NCBI GenBank assembly: GCA_026712905.1
Contig: JAPOPM010000077.1
Span: 1,413-65,412, forward strand
From: Deltaproteobacteria bacterium
Lineage (GTDB): Bacteria; Desulfobacterota; Binatia; UBA9968; JAJDTQ01
DNA: 64,000 nucleotides
Reading direction: 5' to 3'
Part shown: positions 27,781-37,035 of the stretch, piece by piece
Layout: the number at the start of each line of letters is the position of its first letter
Numbering within the stretch: the first letter of the stretch is position 1
Translations under genes and position numbers: made by a program
Notes under the pieces: model-generated
What the model was told of the DNA's origin: nothing
Seen by the model: only the letters and a program-made list of their open reading frames with translations
The model's database searches: none

Positions 27781-29232
27781 GTGTCCCTAATCCATGCAAC
27801 GGGAGGTGCCGGTAACATGAGCATTCATGGTTTTCCGACAAGGGTTTCCGTATTGGGTGGGCATTGGAGCCGCTTGGCGGCGGCGGGAGGACTGGTGGCC
27901 GCGTTGGGCTTCGTCTGGTTGGCCACGTCCGCGCACGCCGCCGTGGAAAAGGAGGTGCAGTTCGTCCTGAACACCTTCTCCTTCCTTATCTGGGGCGCAC
28001 TCGTCATGTGGATGTGCGCGGGCTTCACCATGCTGGAATCGGGCATGGTGCGGACCAAGAACGTCTCCATGATCTGCCTCAAGAACATCGGCCTCTACTC
28101 CATCGCCGGGCTGATGTACTTCTTCATCGGCTACAACCTCATGTACGTGGACGTGGGCAGCTTCATCGGCACCTTCACCGGCCTCTACGGACCGACGGCC
28201 AGCGAGGTAGCCCTGCTGGCCGGCCAGGAAGAGGCGCGGGAGGCGGTCCTCAAGAACAACTACTCGACCATGTCCGACTGGTTCTTCCAGATGGTGTTCG
28301 TGGCCACCACCGCGTCCATCGTCTCCGGCACCCTGGCGGAACGGGTAAAGCTCTGGACCTTCTTTCTGTTCATCGCGATCCTCACGGGCGTCGTCTATCC
28401 CATCGTGGGGGCGTGGACCTGGGGCGCGGGATGGCTCGGAGCGATGGAGTTCAAGGACTTCGCCGGCTCCACCATCGTCCACTCCACGGGCGGTTGGGCG
28501 GCCTTGGCGGGGGCGCTGGTGGTGGGACCGAGACGCGGCAAGTTCCGTCCCGACGGCAGCGTCAAGAGCACGCCGCCGTCCAACATCCCCATCGTGACGC
28601 TCGGGATCTTCATCCTGTGGTTCGGGTGGTTCGGCTTCAACGGCGGCTCGCAACTGGCACTGAGCGGCGCCGCGGACGCCATCGCCATCAGCCATATCCT
28701 GGTCAACACCAACCTGGCGGGGGGCGCGGGGTTCCTCGTCGCCCTGGTCATGGCCCGCCCCATACTGGGCCGCATCGACCTGCTCGCCGGCCTGAACGGC
28801 GCTCTCGCGGGGCTCGTGTCCATCACCGCCGGACCGGACTTCACCACGCACATCTGGGCCGTCGTCATCGGCGCCATCGGCGGCGGGATCTGCGTCGCGG
28901 GCATGAGGCTCCTGGATGCGCTCAAGGTGGACGACGTGGTGGGGGCGGTGCCGGTGCACCTGTTCGCGGGCATCTGGGGGACGCTGGCGACGTGCATCGT
29001 CGCGGGCGGAAACTTCGGCGTCCAGCTTCTCGGCGTCGTCGCCGTGGGTGCGTTCGCCTTCGGAGCCTCGTACGCCCTGTGGTTCGGACTGAAGCTGATC
29101 ATGGAGGTGCGGGTGTCTTACTCGGTGGAGGAACTCGGGCAGGACGCGGGAGAGCTCGGTATCGAGGCGTATCCGGAGTTCATGCTCATGCCCGATCCGG
29201 ACGACGTGGCCGCGATCCGCGGCGACGAGTGA
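27781..29232 (+). CDS. amt: ammonium transporter (Amt family)
   Basis: 11-12 TM helices and Amt signature blocks. Start may be the internal ATG at 27817. No PII (glnK/glnB) gene is adjacent. Confidence 0.85.
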   Translation: MSLIHATGGAGNMSIHGFPTRVSVLGGHWSRLAAAGGLVAALGFVWLATSAHAAVEKEVQFVLNTFSFLIWGALVMWMCAGFTMLESGMVRTKNVSMICLKNIGLYSIAGLMYFFIGYNLMYVDVGSFIGTFTGLYGPTASEVALLAGQEEAREAVLKNNYSTMSDWFFQMVFVATTASIVSGTLAERVKLWTFFLFIAILTGVVYPIVGAWTWGAGWLGAMEFKDFAGSTIVHSTGGWAALAGALVVGPRRGKFRPDGSVKSTPPSNIPIVTLGIFILWFGWFGFNGGSQLALSGAADAIAISHILVNTNLAGGAGFLVALVMARPILGRIDLLAGLNGALAGLVSITAGPDFTTHIWAVVIGAIGGGICVAGMRLLDALKVDDVVGAVPVHLFAGIWGTLATCIVAGGNFGVQLLGVVAVGAFAFGASYALWFGLKLIMEVRVSYSVEELGQDAGELGIEAYPEFMLMPDPDDVAAIRGDE

Positions 29233-29265
29233 CGAGCGCGGCACCGCGAGCACCGCGCTGGAAAA

Positions 29266-29310
29266 GAGGACGGCGTGGCGGTCGGCAATGCCGGCCGCCA
29301 CGCCGTCCTC
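29266..29310. terminator. bidirectional rho-independent-type terminator between convergent amt and histidine-kinase genes
   Basis: GAGGACGGCGTGGCGG...CCGCCACGCCGTCCTC, a 16-bp GC-rich stem. Confidence 0.55.
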
Positions 29311-29331
29311 TCATGTGAAGGAAGCGGGCAA

Positions 29332-31494
29332 TCAGCCGGGCTGCGTGCCGGCGGACGATGTCGCGGGCGCGGGAAGGGTGACCCAGAACTCGGTATAGAC
29401 GCCGGAGTCCGATTCGACCCCCATGAGCCCCCCGTGCTGGGACACGATGTCCTGGGAAAGAGACAGACCCAGTCCCGTGCCTTCTCCCGTGGGCTTGGTG
29501 GTGACGAAGGGTTCGAAGATTTTCTTGATCATGTCCTGCGGGACACCGGGGCCGTTGTCGCGGACGCGGAACTCGACCTGGTCGTCCTGACGCTTGCTCG
29601 ACAACCGGATGCGCGGCTCATACTGGCTATCGCCCTTGGCGCGCTCGAATGTCGCCTGACATGCATTGGTGATGAGATTGAGGAACACGCGGCTCAAGTC
29701 CTGAGGCACCACCTCCACCTCGCCGACAGCGATGTCGAAGTCTTCTTCCCAGGTTACGTTGAACCGCTGGTCCTTGGCGCGCATGGCGTGATAGGCGAGA
29801 TCGGCGTACTGCTTGAGCAGCGCGTTGAGGTCCACCGCGCGCCGGTCGCCGGATTGCGCACGCGAGTGATCCAGCATGCTGCGCACGATGCCGTCGGCGC
29901 GCTTGCCGTGCTGGTTGATCTTGCCGAGATTGGAGGTCAGATCGTCGAGGATGCTCTCGATCTCATCACGCGCGTCCTCGGGGAGCTGTTCACGGACCTC
30001 GCCCAACACCTCCCGAACCTCTTCGATCAACTCGCCGGACACCTCGGAGAAATTGTTGACGAAATTGAGCGGGTTCTTGATCTCGTGCGCGATGCCGGCG
30101 GCGAGCTGACCCAGGGAGGCCAGCTTCTCCTGCATGACCACCTGGTGCTGCGCCGTCTTCAGGTCCTGGAGGGTCTGCTCCAACTCCCCGTTCTTGTCCT
30201 TCAACTCGTCGGCGAGCTTCTCCACAAGGTTGAGGCGCTGCACTTCCAGAGAGTGACGCCGGAATACCTCCAGCGCCTCGGCCATGTCGGTCACCTCGTC
30301 GTTACCCCGGACCTCCACCGGCACCTCCAGGTTGCCGTCGGCCATGGACCGCATGGACGCGGCCAACCCGGTGAGGCGCCGGATCAGGTAGCGACCGACG
30401 AAGATCCACCCGAGGGCGACGGCGCCGACGACGTTCACCACGTTGAGCACCACCAGCACGATCATACTGGTGCTCACCGCCGCGCTGGAGGCCTGGCTGG
30501 CCTCGGCCGCGTGGCGGTCCGCCACCGCCACCACGCGGTCCATGGTTGCCAACAGACCAGCCGCGGTGGAGCGGTTATCCTCGATGTACTTTGCCTGCAA
30601 CTCCGCTTCGCGCAGGATGGCTTCCTGCAGGTCGAAGATTCCTTCGGCCCCGCGCCCCAACGACTTGAGCCTTTCGAACTCGAAGTCGAGCATCCGCGTG
30701 GGAGCGGCGTGTGCCTCGGAGGCCCCGAAGGCGCGCTCGAACGAGCCGAGGGCCGCGTTGTAGCGCTCCCGCAGCGGCTGGATCAGAGTGCGGTCGTTCA
30801 GCACCGCGGCTTCGGCCAGCAGCCTCGCGGCGAGGTTGGCCTGCGTGTGCAGAGTCAGCAGATCGCGATAGCGCACCTGTTCCGCGTACGACGTGCGTTC
30901 CTCGGCAGGTACCGGACTGTCGCCGATCGCCCTCAGGCCCGTGGCGAGAAAGAAAGCCTGGTCGTCGATCTCGGGCACGAGGATGCGGTCGATCTGCCGG
31001 GTCATGACAGGGATCTCGACCTCCCGCGCGTGCAGCCGGAGTTCGATCTCCCGCCGCCGCGATGACGACTGTTCGATCTTGTCCAGATTCGTGGTGAGGG
31101 CGTCGGAGAGGGAACGAAGCCGGTCCGCCTGTTGCTGATTTCCCAGCGAGTCCTGTGTCTGGAGCTCCTCGATCAACTTGCCGAGCAACTCCTTGTCCCG
31201 GGCGATGGTTGTCTTGACCTCGGTCAGATCCTCGGCGGACGAGGCCGATACAAGACGCGACGCCGCGTTGACGAGCGCCGAACTCTGCTGCGCGGCGCGG
31301 ATGGCGGCTACCAGGCTGGGCACGCTCTTCTCGGTAATCCGCCGTTGCGAATTGCTCACGACCCCGAACGCGACCAGCGCCACCGCGCTGGCCGCCAGCA
31401 TGAGCAGCACGCCCGCGCCGAAGGCGGTGTACATCTTGACGCCGATGCCGATGCGCCAGCTCTCGACGCGTGTAAGAACGTTGACGAGACTCAA
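29332..31494 (-). CDS. sensor histidine kinase (periplasmic sensor region, HAMP, HisKA, HATPase_c)
   Basis: H-box GIAHEIKNPLNFV; N/G1/G2 boxes (DNGPGVP, GTGLGLS). Two TM segments bracket a roughly 300-aa extracytoplasmic coiled region. Confidence 0.8.
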   Translation of the reverse strand: MSLVNVLTRVESWRIGIGVKMYTAFGAGVLLMLAASAVALVAFGVVSNSQRRITEKSVPSLVAAIRAAQQSSALVNAASRLVSASSAEDLTEVKTTIARDKELLGKLIEELQTQDSLGNQQQADRLRSLSDALTTNLDKIEQSSSRRREIELRLHAREVEIPVMTRQIDRILVPEIDDQAFFLATGLRAIGDSPVPAEERTSYAEQVRYRDLLTLHTQANLAARLLAEAAVLNDRTLIQPLRERYNAALGSFERAFGASEAHAAPTRMLDFEFERLKSLGRGAEGIFDLQEAILREAELQAKYIEDNRSTAAGLLATMDRVVAVADRHAAEASQASSAAVSTSMIVLVVLNVVNVVGAVALGWIFVGRYLIRRLTGLAASMRSMADGNLEVPVEVRGNDEVTDMAEALEVFRRHSLEVQRLNLVEKLADELKDKNGELEQTLQDLKTAQHQVVMQEKLASLGQLAAGIAHEIKNPLNFVNNFSEVSGELIEEVREVLGEVREQLPEDARDEIESILDDLTSNLGKINQHGKRADGIVRSMLDHSRAQSGDRRAVDLNALLKQYADLAYHAMRAKDQRFNVTWEEDFDIAVGEVEVVPQDLSRVFLNLITNACQATFERAKGDSQYEPRIRLSSKRQDDQVEFRVRDNGPGVPQDMIKKIFEPFVTTKPTGEGTGLGLSLSQDIVSQHGGLMGVESDSGVYTEFWVTLPAPATSSAGTQPG

Positions 31495-32708
31495 GGCCGC
31501 TCCAGACGCCGGATCGAGCGGAACCGCTCGGAGCCGTCGATCACGGTCAGGTACACCCGGTCGGAGCCCTGGTTGTCGGACTCCCCGTAAAGCAGCATGA
31601 AGCCGCCAAGATCCATGGTGCCGGCCTTTTGCAGGGCGCGGATGAAACCCTTGCGCGTGAGATTCGCTCCGGCTCGGCGCAGTGCCTCCACGGCGACTCT
31701 GCCGGTCAGGTATCCCTCGAGGGAGACGAAGCCCGGTTCCGCGCTTGCGGCCACCGCGCGCAGCGCTTCATGGTATTGCCCGACGACGGGGATCCAGCGG
31801 TCGTGGGGGAAGGGCACCACCTGGGTCACGATGACGTCCTTGCCCGACGGGCCCAGCGCCCTTGCCAGCGCCGAGCTGCCGACGAAGGATATGTTCACGA
31901 AGACGGGATTGAAGTCGAGATAGCGGGACCACTTGATGAATTCCGCCACGGGTTCGTAGGCGCCGACAATGATCACCGCCTCGGGACGGCCCTCGCGCAG
32001 GTCGAGCACCGCGGTCTTGACCGCGCGGGTATTGCGCGGGTAAGTGGCCTCCGCCGCCAGCGTCATGCCGCGCCGGTGGAGCGCCTGCAGCGTGCCCGCG
32101 AGCCCGGCGCGTCCGTAGGAATCGTCCTGGTAGAGGATGCCGATGCGCTTCACCCCGAGGTCGCGGGTGAGGCGTTCGACCATCTCCTCGGTCTCCTGAT
32201 AGTAGGACGCGCGCACGTTGATGACGGTAGGACGCCGGCGCGCGTCGCGCAAGAACTCCGCCCCCGTGAAGGCGCCGACGTAGGGAACGCCGGCCTCGGT
32301 CGCGATGGGCTCCGCGGCCTTCGATGTGGGCGTGCCCACGGCGCCGATCAGCGCGAAGACCTGCTCCTCGCCGACGAGCTGGTCGGTGTTGGCGATGGCC
32401 GCCTCGGGCTCGTAGCGGTCGTCGAGGGTCTCGAGGCGCAGTTGCCGTCCGTGAATCCCGCCAGCCCGGTTGGCCTCCTCGAAGGCCGCCGTAATGCCAA
32501 GGCGCATCCCTTCTCCCAACGCCTTGGCGGGGCCGCTCAAGGCGCAGGATTGCCCGAACACGACGGCACTCGAGCTTACGCCCAGGGTGGTCGCGGACGC
32601 CGCCGGGGGCTCCGCCGGCGCCTCGCCCTGTGCCGCCGCGGCCACGGACACGAAGGCGGCCAGGACCGGCAGCAGCAACAACGCCACGTAGCGCGCGGTT
32701 CCTCTCAC
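31491..32708 (-). CDS. periplasmic binding protein, LivK/PBP1-like (branched-chain amino-acid-binding family), likely sensory partner of the kinase
   Basis: GTG start with signal peptide ARYVALLLLPVLAAFVSVAAAAQG. ATGA overlap with the downstream kinase gene. The upstream track extension is an artefact. Confidence 0.65.
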   Translation of the reverse strand: MRGTARYVALLLLPVLAAFVSVAAAAQGEAPAEPPAASATTLGVSSSAVVFGQSCALSGPAKALGEGMRLGITAAFEEANRAGGIHGRQLRLETLDDRYEPEAAIANTDQLVGEEQVFALIGAVGTPTSKAAEPIATEAGVPYVGAFTGAEFLRDARRRPTVINVRASYYQETEEMVERLTRDLGVKRIGILYQDDSYGRAGLAGTLQALHRRGMTLAAEATYPRNTRAVKTAVLDLREGRPEAVIIVGAYEPVAEFIKWSRYLDFNPVFVNISFVGSSALARALGPSGKDVIVTQVVPFPHDRWIPVVGQYHEALRAVAASAEPGFVSLEGYLTGRVAVEALRRAGANLTRKGFIRALQKAGTMDLGGFMLLYGESDNQGSDRVYLTVIDGSERFRSIRRLERP

Positions 32709-32745
32709 GTCGACGGGGACCCTGGTGTCCTTCCCGGAGGGGACA

Positions 32746-33954
32746 CTATCCTCCGAGATAGCGCAACGCCACACAGGTAATGTCGTCCGATTGCGGGTTC
32801 CCGCCGGCGAACTCACGCACCTGGTCGAGCACCCGGGAGGTGACATCGTCGCACGGAGCCTCGGCGAGCGTGTTGAGCAACGCGTCGAGCCGTTGCTCGC
32901 CCAGTTCCTCCGCCCCCGGTCCCTCGGCCTCGGTGACGCCGTCCGTGTAGAAGAACAGCACGTCGCCGGCCTCGAGCTGAAGGGCTTCCTGGCTGAATTC
33001 ATGGCCGGGAAGCACGCCCAGCGCCACGTCGTGGGTGGTGGGCAGGGCCGACACCTGCCCGCCCCTGTGCACGAGGCGAGGCGGGTTGTGGCCGCCGTTG
33101 CAGTAGTTGAAGACGCCGCTCCCGGAGTCGAAGACGCCGTAGAACAGGGTCACGAACATGCAGCTCTCGTTGTCGTCGGCCAACAGGTTGTTGACGTACG
33201 CGAGACACTCGTCCGGCCGGCCGCCCTCCAGCGCGTGGCTCCGGAGCAGCGTGCGACAGGCCATCATGAACAGCGCGGCCGGGACGCCCTTGCCCGATAC
33301 GTCACCGATGGCGACGCCGATCTTGTCCTCTCCCAAGGGCACGAAATCGTAGAAGTCGCCCCCGACCTCCTTCGCCGGAACCATGAGCCCGTGCGTGTTG
33401 TAGCGCTCGGTGGAGGGAAAGCTGCGCGGCAGCACCGACGCCTGCATGTCCCGCGCCACGTCCAGTTCCCGGCTCAGGGCCACCAACTGATCCCGGTTGG
33501 ACAACGCCTCGCGCACGAGCGCCAAGTGCTTCAGGGTCTTGTCGATGGTGATCTCGAGATCGGTGAAGTCGATGGGCTTGGTGACGAAATCGAAGGCCCC
33601 GCGGTTCATGGCCGTGCGGATGTTGTTCATGTCGCCGTAGGCCGACACGATCACCGAGCGAATGTTGGGCTTGGTCTCGTTGAGTTGCTTGAGTAGCGCG
33701 AGGCCGTCCATCACCGGCATGTTGATGTCCGAGATGACCATTGCGATGTCGTCATCCGCGTCGAGCTTCTCCATGGCTTCCTGCCCGTTGTGCGCAAAGT
33801 TGAACACCAACTCGTTTCGGCGGATGCGCCGGCGGAACTTCTGCAACACAAGGGTCTCGAGATCCACCTCGTCGTCCACGACCAAGATCTTGATGGGGCC
33901 GTCTGTCGCCTCGGACAAGGCCTCGACGATCGCCTCTTCGAGGTTATCCGGCAT
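32746..33954 (-). CDS. response regulator with PP2C-type (SpoIIE/RsbU-like) phosphatase output domain
   Basis: REC (VVDDE..DINMP..) followed by PP2C motifs (GDVSGKG, D-rich metal sites). Confidence 0.8.
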   Translation of the reverse strand: MPDNLEEAIVEALSEATDGPIKILVVDDEVDLETLVLQKFRRRIRRNELVFNFAHNGQEAMEKLDADDDIAMVISDINMPVMDGLALLKQLNETKPNIRSVIVSAYGDMNNIRTAMNRGAFDFVTKPIDFTDLEITIDKTLKHLALVREALSNRDQLVALSRELDVARDMQASVLPRSFPSTERYNTHGLMVPAKEVGGDFYDFVPLGEDKIGVAIGDVSGKGVPAALFMMACRTLLRSHALEGGRPDECLAYVNNLLADDNESCMFVTLFYGVFDSGSGVFNYCNGGHNPPRLVHRGGQVSALPTTHDVALGVLPGHEFSQEALQLEAGDVLFFYTDGVTEAEGPGAEELGEQRLDALLNTLAEAPCDDVTSRVLDQVREFAGGNPQSDDITCVALRYLGG

Positions 33955-34297
33955 CGATGGCGTCCTGTCGTGTCGGGTGAATCGCCAGGATCTCGCTGAA
34001 GCCGCTGATCTTGAACACCTCGGCAATGTGGTCCCGCATGGCGCAGAGGACGATCTTGCGGCCTCCCGCCTGCAGTTGCTTCGCCGCCAGCAGCAACACG
34101 CGCAGCCCGGCGCTGCTGATGTACTCGATATTCTCGAAGTCCACGACGAGCGAGCCCTTGCCTCCCTCGATGAGTTTCAGCAGAGACTCCTGGAACGGGC
34201 TGGCCGTGCTGCCATCGATGCGGCCTGCGGGAATGACGACCGTGGTGTCGCCCTCGGTCTCAGTAGTGAGGTCCAAAACGCTTCCGGTTGCCATCAA
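33944..34297 (-). CDS. STAS-domain anti-sigma-factor antagonist (RsbV/SpoIIAA-like)
   Basis: 117 aa STAS fold. Conserved phosphorylatable Ser in the ..YISSAGLRVL block. Confidence 0.75.
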   Translation of the reverse strand: MMATGSVLDLTTETEGDTTVVIPAGRIDGSTASPFQESLLKLIEGGKGSLVVDFENIEYISSAGLRVLLLAAKQLQAGGRKIVLCAMRDHIAEVFKISGFSEILAIHPTRQDAIDAG

Positions 34298-34743
34298 CTG
34301 TCTCCTTTCACGGGGGCGCGTAGGGTAATTCGATTGTATCCGTCGATACGTTGGTAATCAGGGTTCGGGAAAAGGGTCTTGGTCAGGAAGACGCCGAGGC
34401 CGCCGATGGGACGGTCGTCGATGGAGGCGAGGAGGTCGGGCTCGCCGACTTCCTCGAACGGATTGAAGGCGATGCCGCTGTCATCGAGTTGGGCCACCAC
34501 CTCGTCGGCCTCGATGCGCAACTCCACCCGCAGTTCCTGCCGGTCCGAATCCGCGAACCCGTACGAAATCGTGTTGGTCGCCAGTTCGTCCAGCGCGAGG
34601 CTCAGGTTGTGAATCTGCGCCTCGGAAAGTCCGTTGGCCTCGCCGAAACGCGCAACCGCCTCGGCCAAGTCCTTGAGCGCTGACGACAGCTCGGGCTCGA
34701 GGTCGACGGAAAGCCGGGGAAGCGCTGTCTTCATGACGGTCAT
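34294..34743 (-). CDS. anti-sigma regulatory factor / serine protein kinase (RsbW/SpoIIAB-like, HATPase_c_2)
   Basis: 149 aa with GHKL ATPase N and G boxes (ELATNTISYGF; GGLGVFL). Confidence 0.7.
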   Translation of the reverse strand: MTVMKTALPRLSVDLEPELSSALKDLAEAVARFGEANGLSEAQIHNLSLALDELATNTISYGFADSDRQELRVELRIEADEVVAQLDDSGIAFNPFEEVGEPDLLASIDDRPIGGLGVFLTKTLFPNPDYQRIDGYNRITLRAPVKGDS

Positions 34744-34823
34744 CTCGAACAGCGTACGTGTTCTATTATACTTGGGGTCACAACTTGAACCAGTGAGAAG
34801 TTAATAGATCAAACGATACCCTG

Positions 34824-35324
34824 TCAACAACCACCGGGGTGTCCTTCCTTCACCCATCGCGCGAGAGCCTTGTCCGGGTCCGCGATATCCTCCACGGAAG
34901 TGTACCAGTATGCCTCCCAGCCGGACCGCGGAAGGCCGGTGAAGAGCATCAGGTTCAGCGGATAGACCTCGCTGTCGGTGCAGCGCCTGAAGTCGTCCCG
35001 GAAGAGGAAAACCGGTTTCTCCCAGGCGATGGCCATGCCCAGCTCCACCATGACGCCCTCATCCGGAGGACAGCCGTTGACCACCGCGAACAGCCCGTCC
35101 GCGTCGCGCACGTCCCGGAGGTCGGCCTGCCCGACGCGGTATGCCCAGCCGGCCTCCGCCGTGTCCACCTGGTTGTTGCGCGCGAACGGCTCCCACACCT
35201 CCACCCCGAGGGCTGCCAGCGCCGCCGCCAGCGCCGCCAGCGGCCCCTCCCGCTGCTGCGCCGAGAAGCCGTAAGGATTGGCCAGGTAGAGGGTCTTCAC
35301 GGACGCGATCTTTGTGGAAGGCAT
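34824..35324 (-). CDS. nucleoside 2-deoxyribosyltransferase-like protein
   Basis: 166 aa. N-terminal LANPYGF and the catalytic-Glu block DEGVMVELGMAIAWEKPVFLF, typical of PF05014. Confidence 0.55.
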   Translation of the reverse strand: MPSTKIASVKTLYLANPYGFSAQQREGPLAALAAALAALGVEVWEPFARNNQVDTAEAGWAYRVGQADLRDVRDADGLFAVVNGCPPDEGVMVELGMAIAWEKPVFLFRDDFRRCTDSEVYPLNLMLFTGLPRSGWEAYWYTSVEDIADPDKALARWVKEGHPGGC

Positions 35325-35398
35325 GGGGTTCGTGTGCCATGCCGGCAGCGCGCGCGCAAGCGACCGGCGGCGATTCTGCGTAGCCGGCTAATGACCCG

Positions 35399-36901
35399 TC
35401 AGCGGAGCATCATGAAAGTGGACAAAGGGAGCACAACGATCCGTGGGTCGTCCACCGTCGCGAAGTAGTCCTGTGTGATGAGGAGCCCGAACGGTGCATG
35501 GTTTAGAGACTTGTCGAGGAACGAGCGGATTCCCAAGGTATCGCGGAACGGGTCGATACGCCGCTGATACTTGACTTCGACCGGTATCCGAGTGCCACCC
35601 ACGGTGAGGACAAAGTCGACCTCCCTATCCGTCCCCCTCTCCGGGAAATGCGCCACATCCAGACCATGCACGGTCGACGCCACTGATCCGAAGATGCTCT
35701 CCGCCAGATGACCGGCCAGCGTCGTCAACTCGGGATTTCTCATCAGGGCCTCCGGCACAAGCGGAATGTGTTCCTGCAACCAGCTGGCCCTGAGGCCGTG
35801 GTCCACGAGACAGAGTTTCGGACTGCCCCTCCTCCGTTTGAGGCGGATTTCCAAAGGGGGAATCAGGCGGACGAGCAAAGTATCGCCGAGAAACCTCAGG
35901 TATTGGGTCACTCGTTGCGAGCCTATGTTCGCTCCCAGGGAAAAGCGGGCCTCTTCCGCCAACGTGGCCATCCGCGGGGTCTGGCCGGCATAGCGACAAG
36001 CCAAACGAAACAATTCTTCGAGCAGGTTCGGGTCCCGCTTGCGCCCGCGCTCGCCGATTCTCAGGTCGTGTTGGATGACTCTTTTTATGACGGTTTCGTT
36101 GAGGTGATCCGCCAGTTGCGCGAATTCGATATCCTTCTCGCGATGAACGACCGGATAACCACCTCTCTCCCCAAACTGTCTGAACGCCTCCTCGCGGACC
36201 TCCCGATGTTCAAGCCCGTGCTCCCGCAAGGCGCTCCAGAACCCCTTGTCCAAGAGATCCGCCAAGCCGTTGTCCTTGAGAAACGGCTCCGGCGCCGCCA
36301 ACCCGCGCAACGATGCGATCTCGGTCAGCGAGAGCACGCCTGCCTCGATGGTGTTGATCCTCCCGGCCAGGCTATCCCTACCCAATTCGATCCGTAAAGC
36401 CGAACTCCCGGTGACCACCGCCTTGACCGAAGCGTTGTCCACCAGAGACTTGAGCTGGGCATCCCATCGGTCCAGATTCTGGACCTCGTCAAAAAAGAGG
36501 TACGCGGACTCACCGTCTTGAGCCAACGCATTGAACCGTTTTGGAGCGATGCGACGTTGAAACCAGTCGGAGATGAGCAGAATGGGTTCTACCAAACCCT
36601 TCAAAGTACCAAGATCATCGAACTGAACTCGGAGAATCCGCCGCGGATCTACCCCCTCGCGGAGCAAATCCTCAATGATTTGGAACTGTGCCGTGGTCTT
36701 GCCGATTTGCCGCGGCCCTCGTACCACGACGATGGGTGCCACGTGAGCCCCAAGACGGCGCCGAATCTGCCCCACCAGATGACGCCGGGTGGGCGGTTGC
36801 ACCGGCATCGCCTCGTCTTCCCACCACGGATTGAACCGCCGCAAGTTGTCGACCACTGCGGTTGGAAGGCCCGAATCGGCAAATAGGGTCGGCAGTGACA
36901 T
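35399..36901 (-). CDS. AAA+ ATPase of the DUF4143/COG1373 family
   Basis: Walker A GPRQIGKTT, Walker B LFFDEVQ. C-terminal DUF4143-like region. Start MSLPTLF. Confidence 0.65.
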   Translation of the reverse strand: MSLPTLFADSGLPTAVVDNLRRFNPWWEDEAMPVQPPTRRHLVGQIRRRLGAHVAPIVVVRGPRQIGKTTAQFQIIEDLLREGVDPRRILRVQFDDLGTLKGLVEPILLISDWFQRRIAPKRFNALAQDGESAYLFFDEVQNLDRWDAQLKSLVDNASVKAVVTGSSALRIELGRDSLAGRINTIEAGVLSLTEIASLRGLAAPEPFLKDNGLADLLDKGFWSALREHGLEHREVREEAFRQFGERGGYPVVHREKDIEFAQLADHLNETVIKRVIQHDLRIGERGRKRDPNLLEELFRLACRYAGQTPRMATLAEEARFSLGANIGSQRVTQYLRFLGDTLLVRLIPPLEIRLKRRRGSPKLCLVDHGLRASWLQEHIPLVPEALMRNPELTTLAGHLAESIFGSVASTVHGLDVAHFPERGTDREVDFVLTVGGTRIPVEVKYQRRIDPFRDTLGIRSFLDKSLNHAPFGLLITQDYFATVDDPRIVVLPLSTFMMLR

Positions 36902-37035
36902 GATCCCGTTCTTCAAGGAAAACCGGCCAGCGCCCCGTCCGTAGAACCTACGCAACGCAACGGCGGCAAGCAAGAGTCTACCAAAGGCTGGACATCACAC
37001 GAGAGGGCGCAGCCGTTCGCCGCGCCCGGCGTGGT

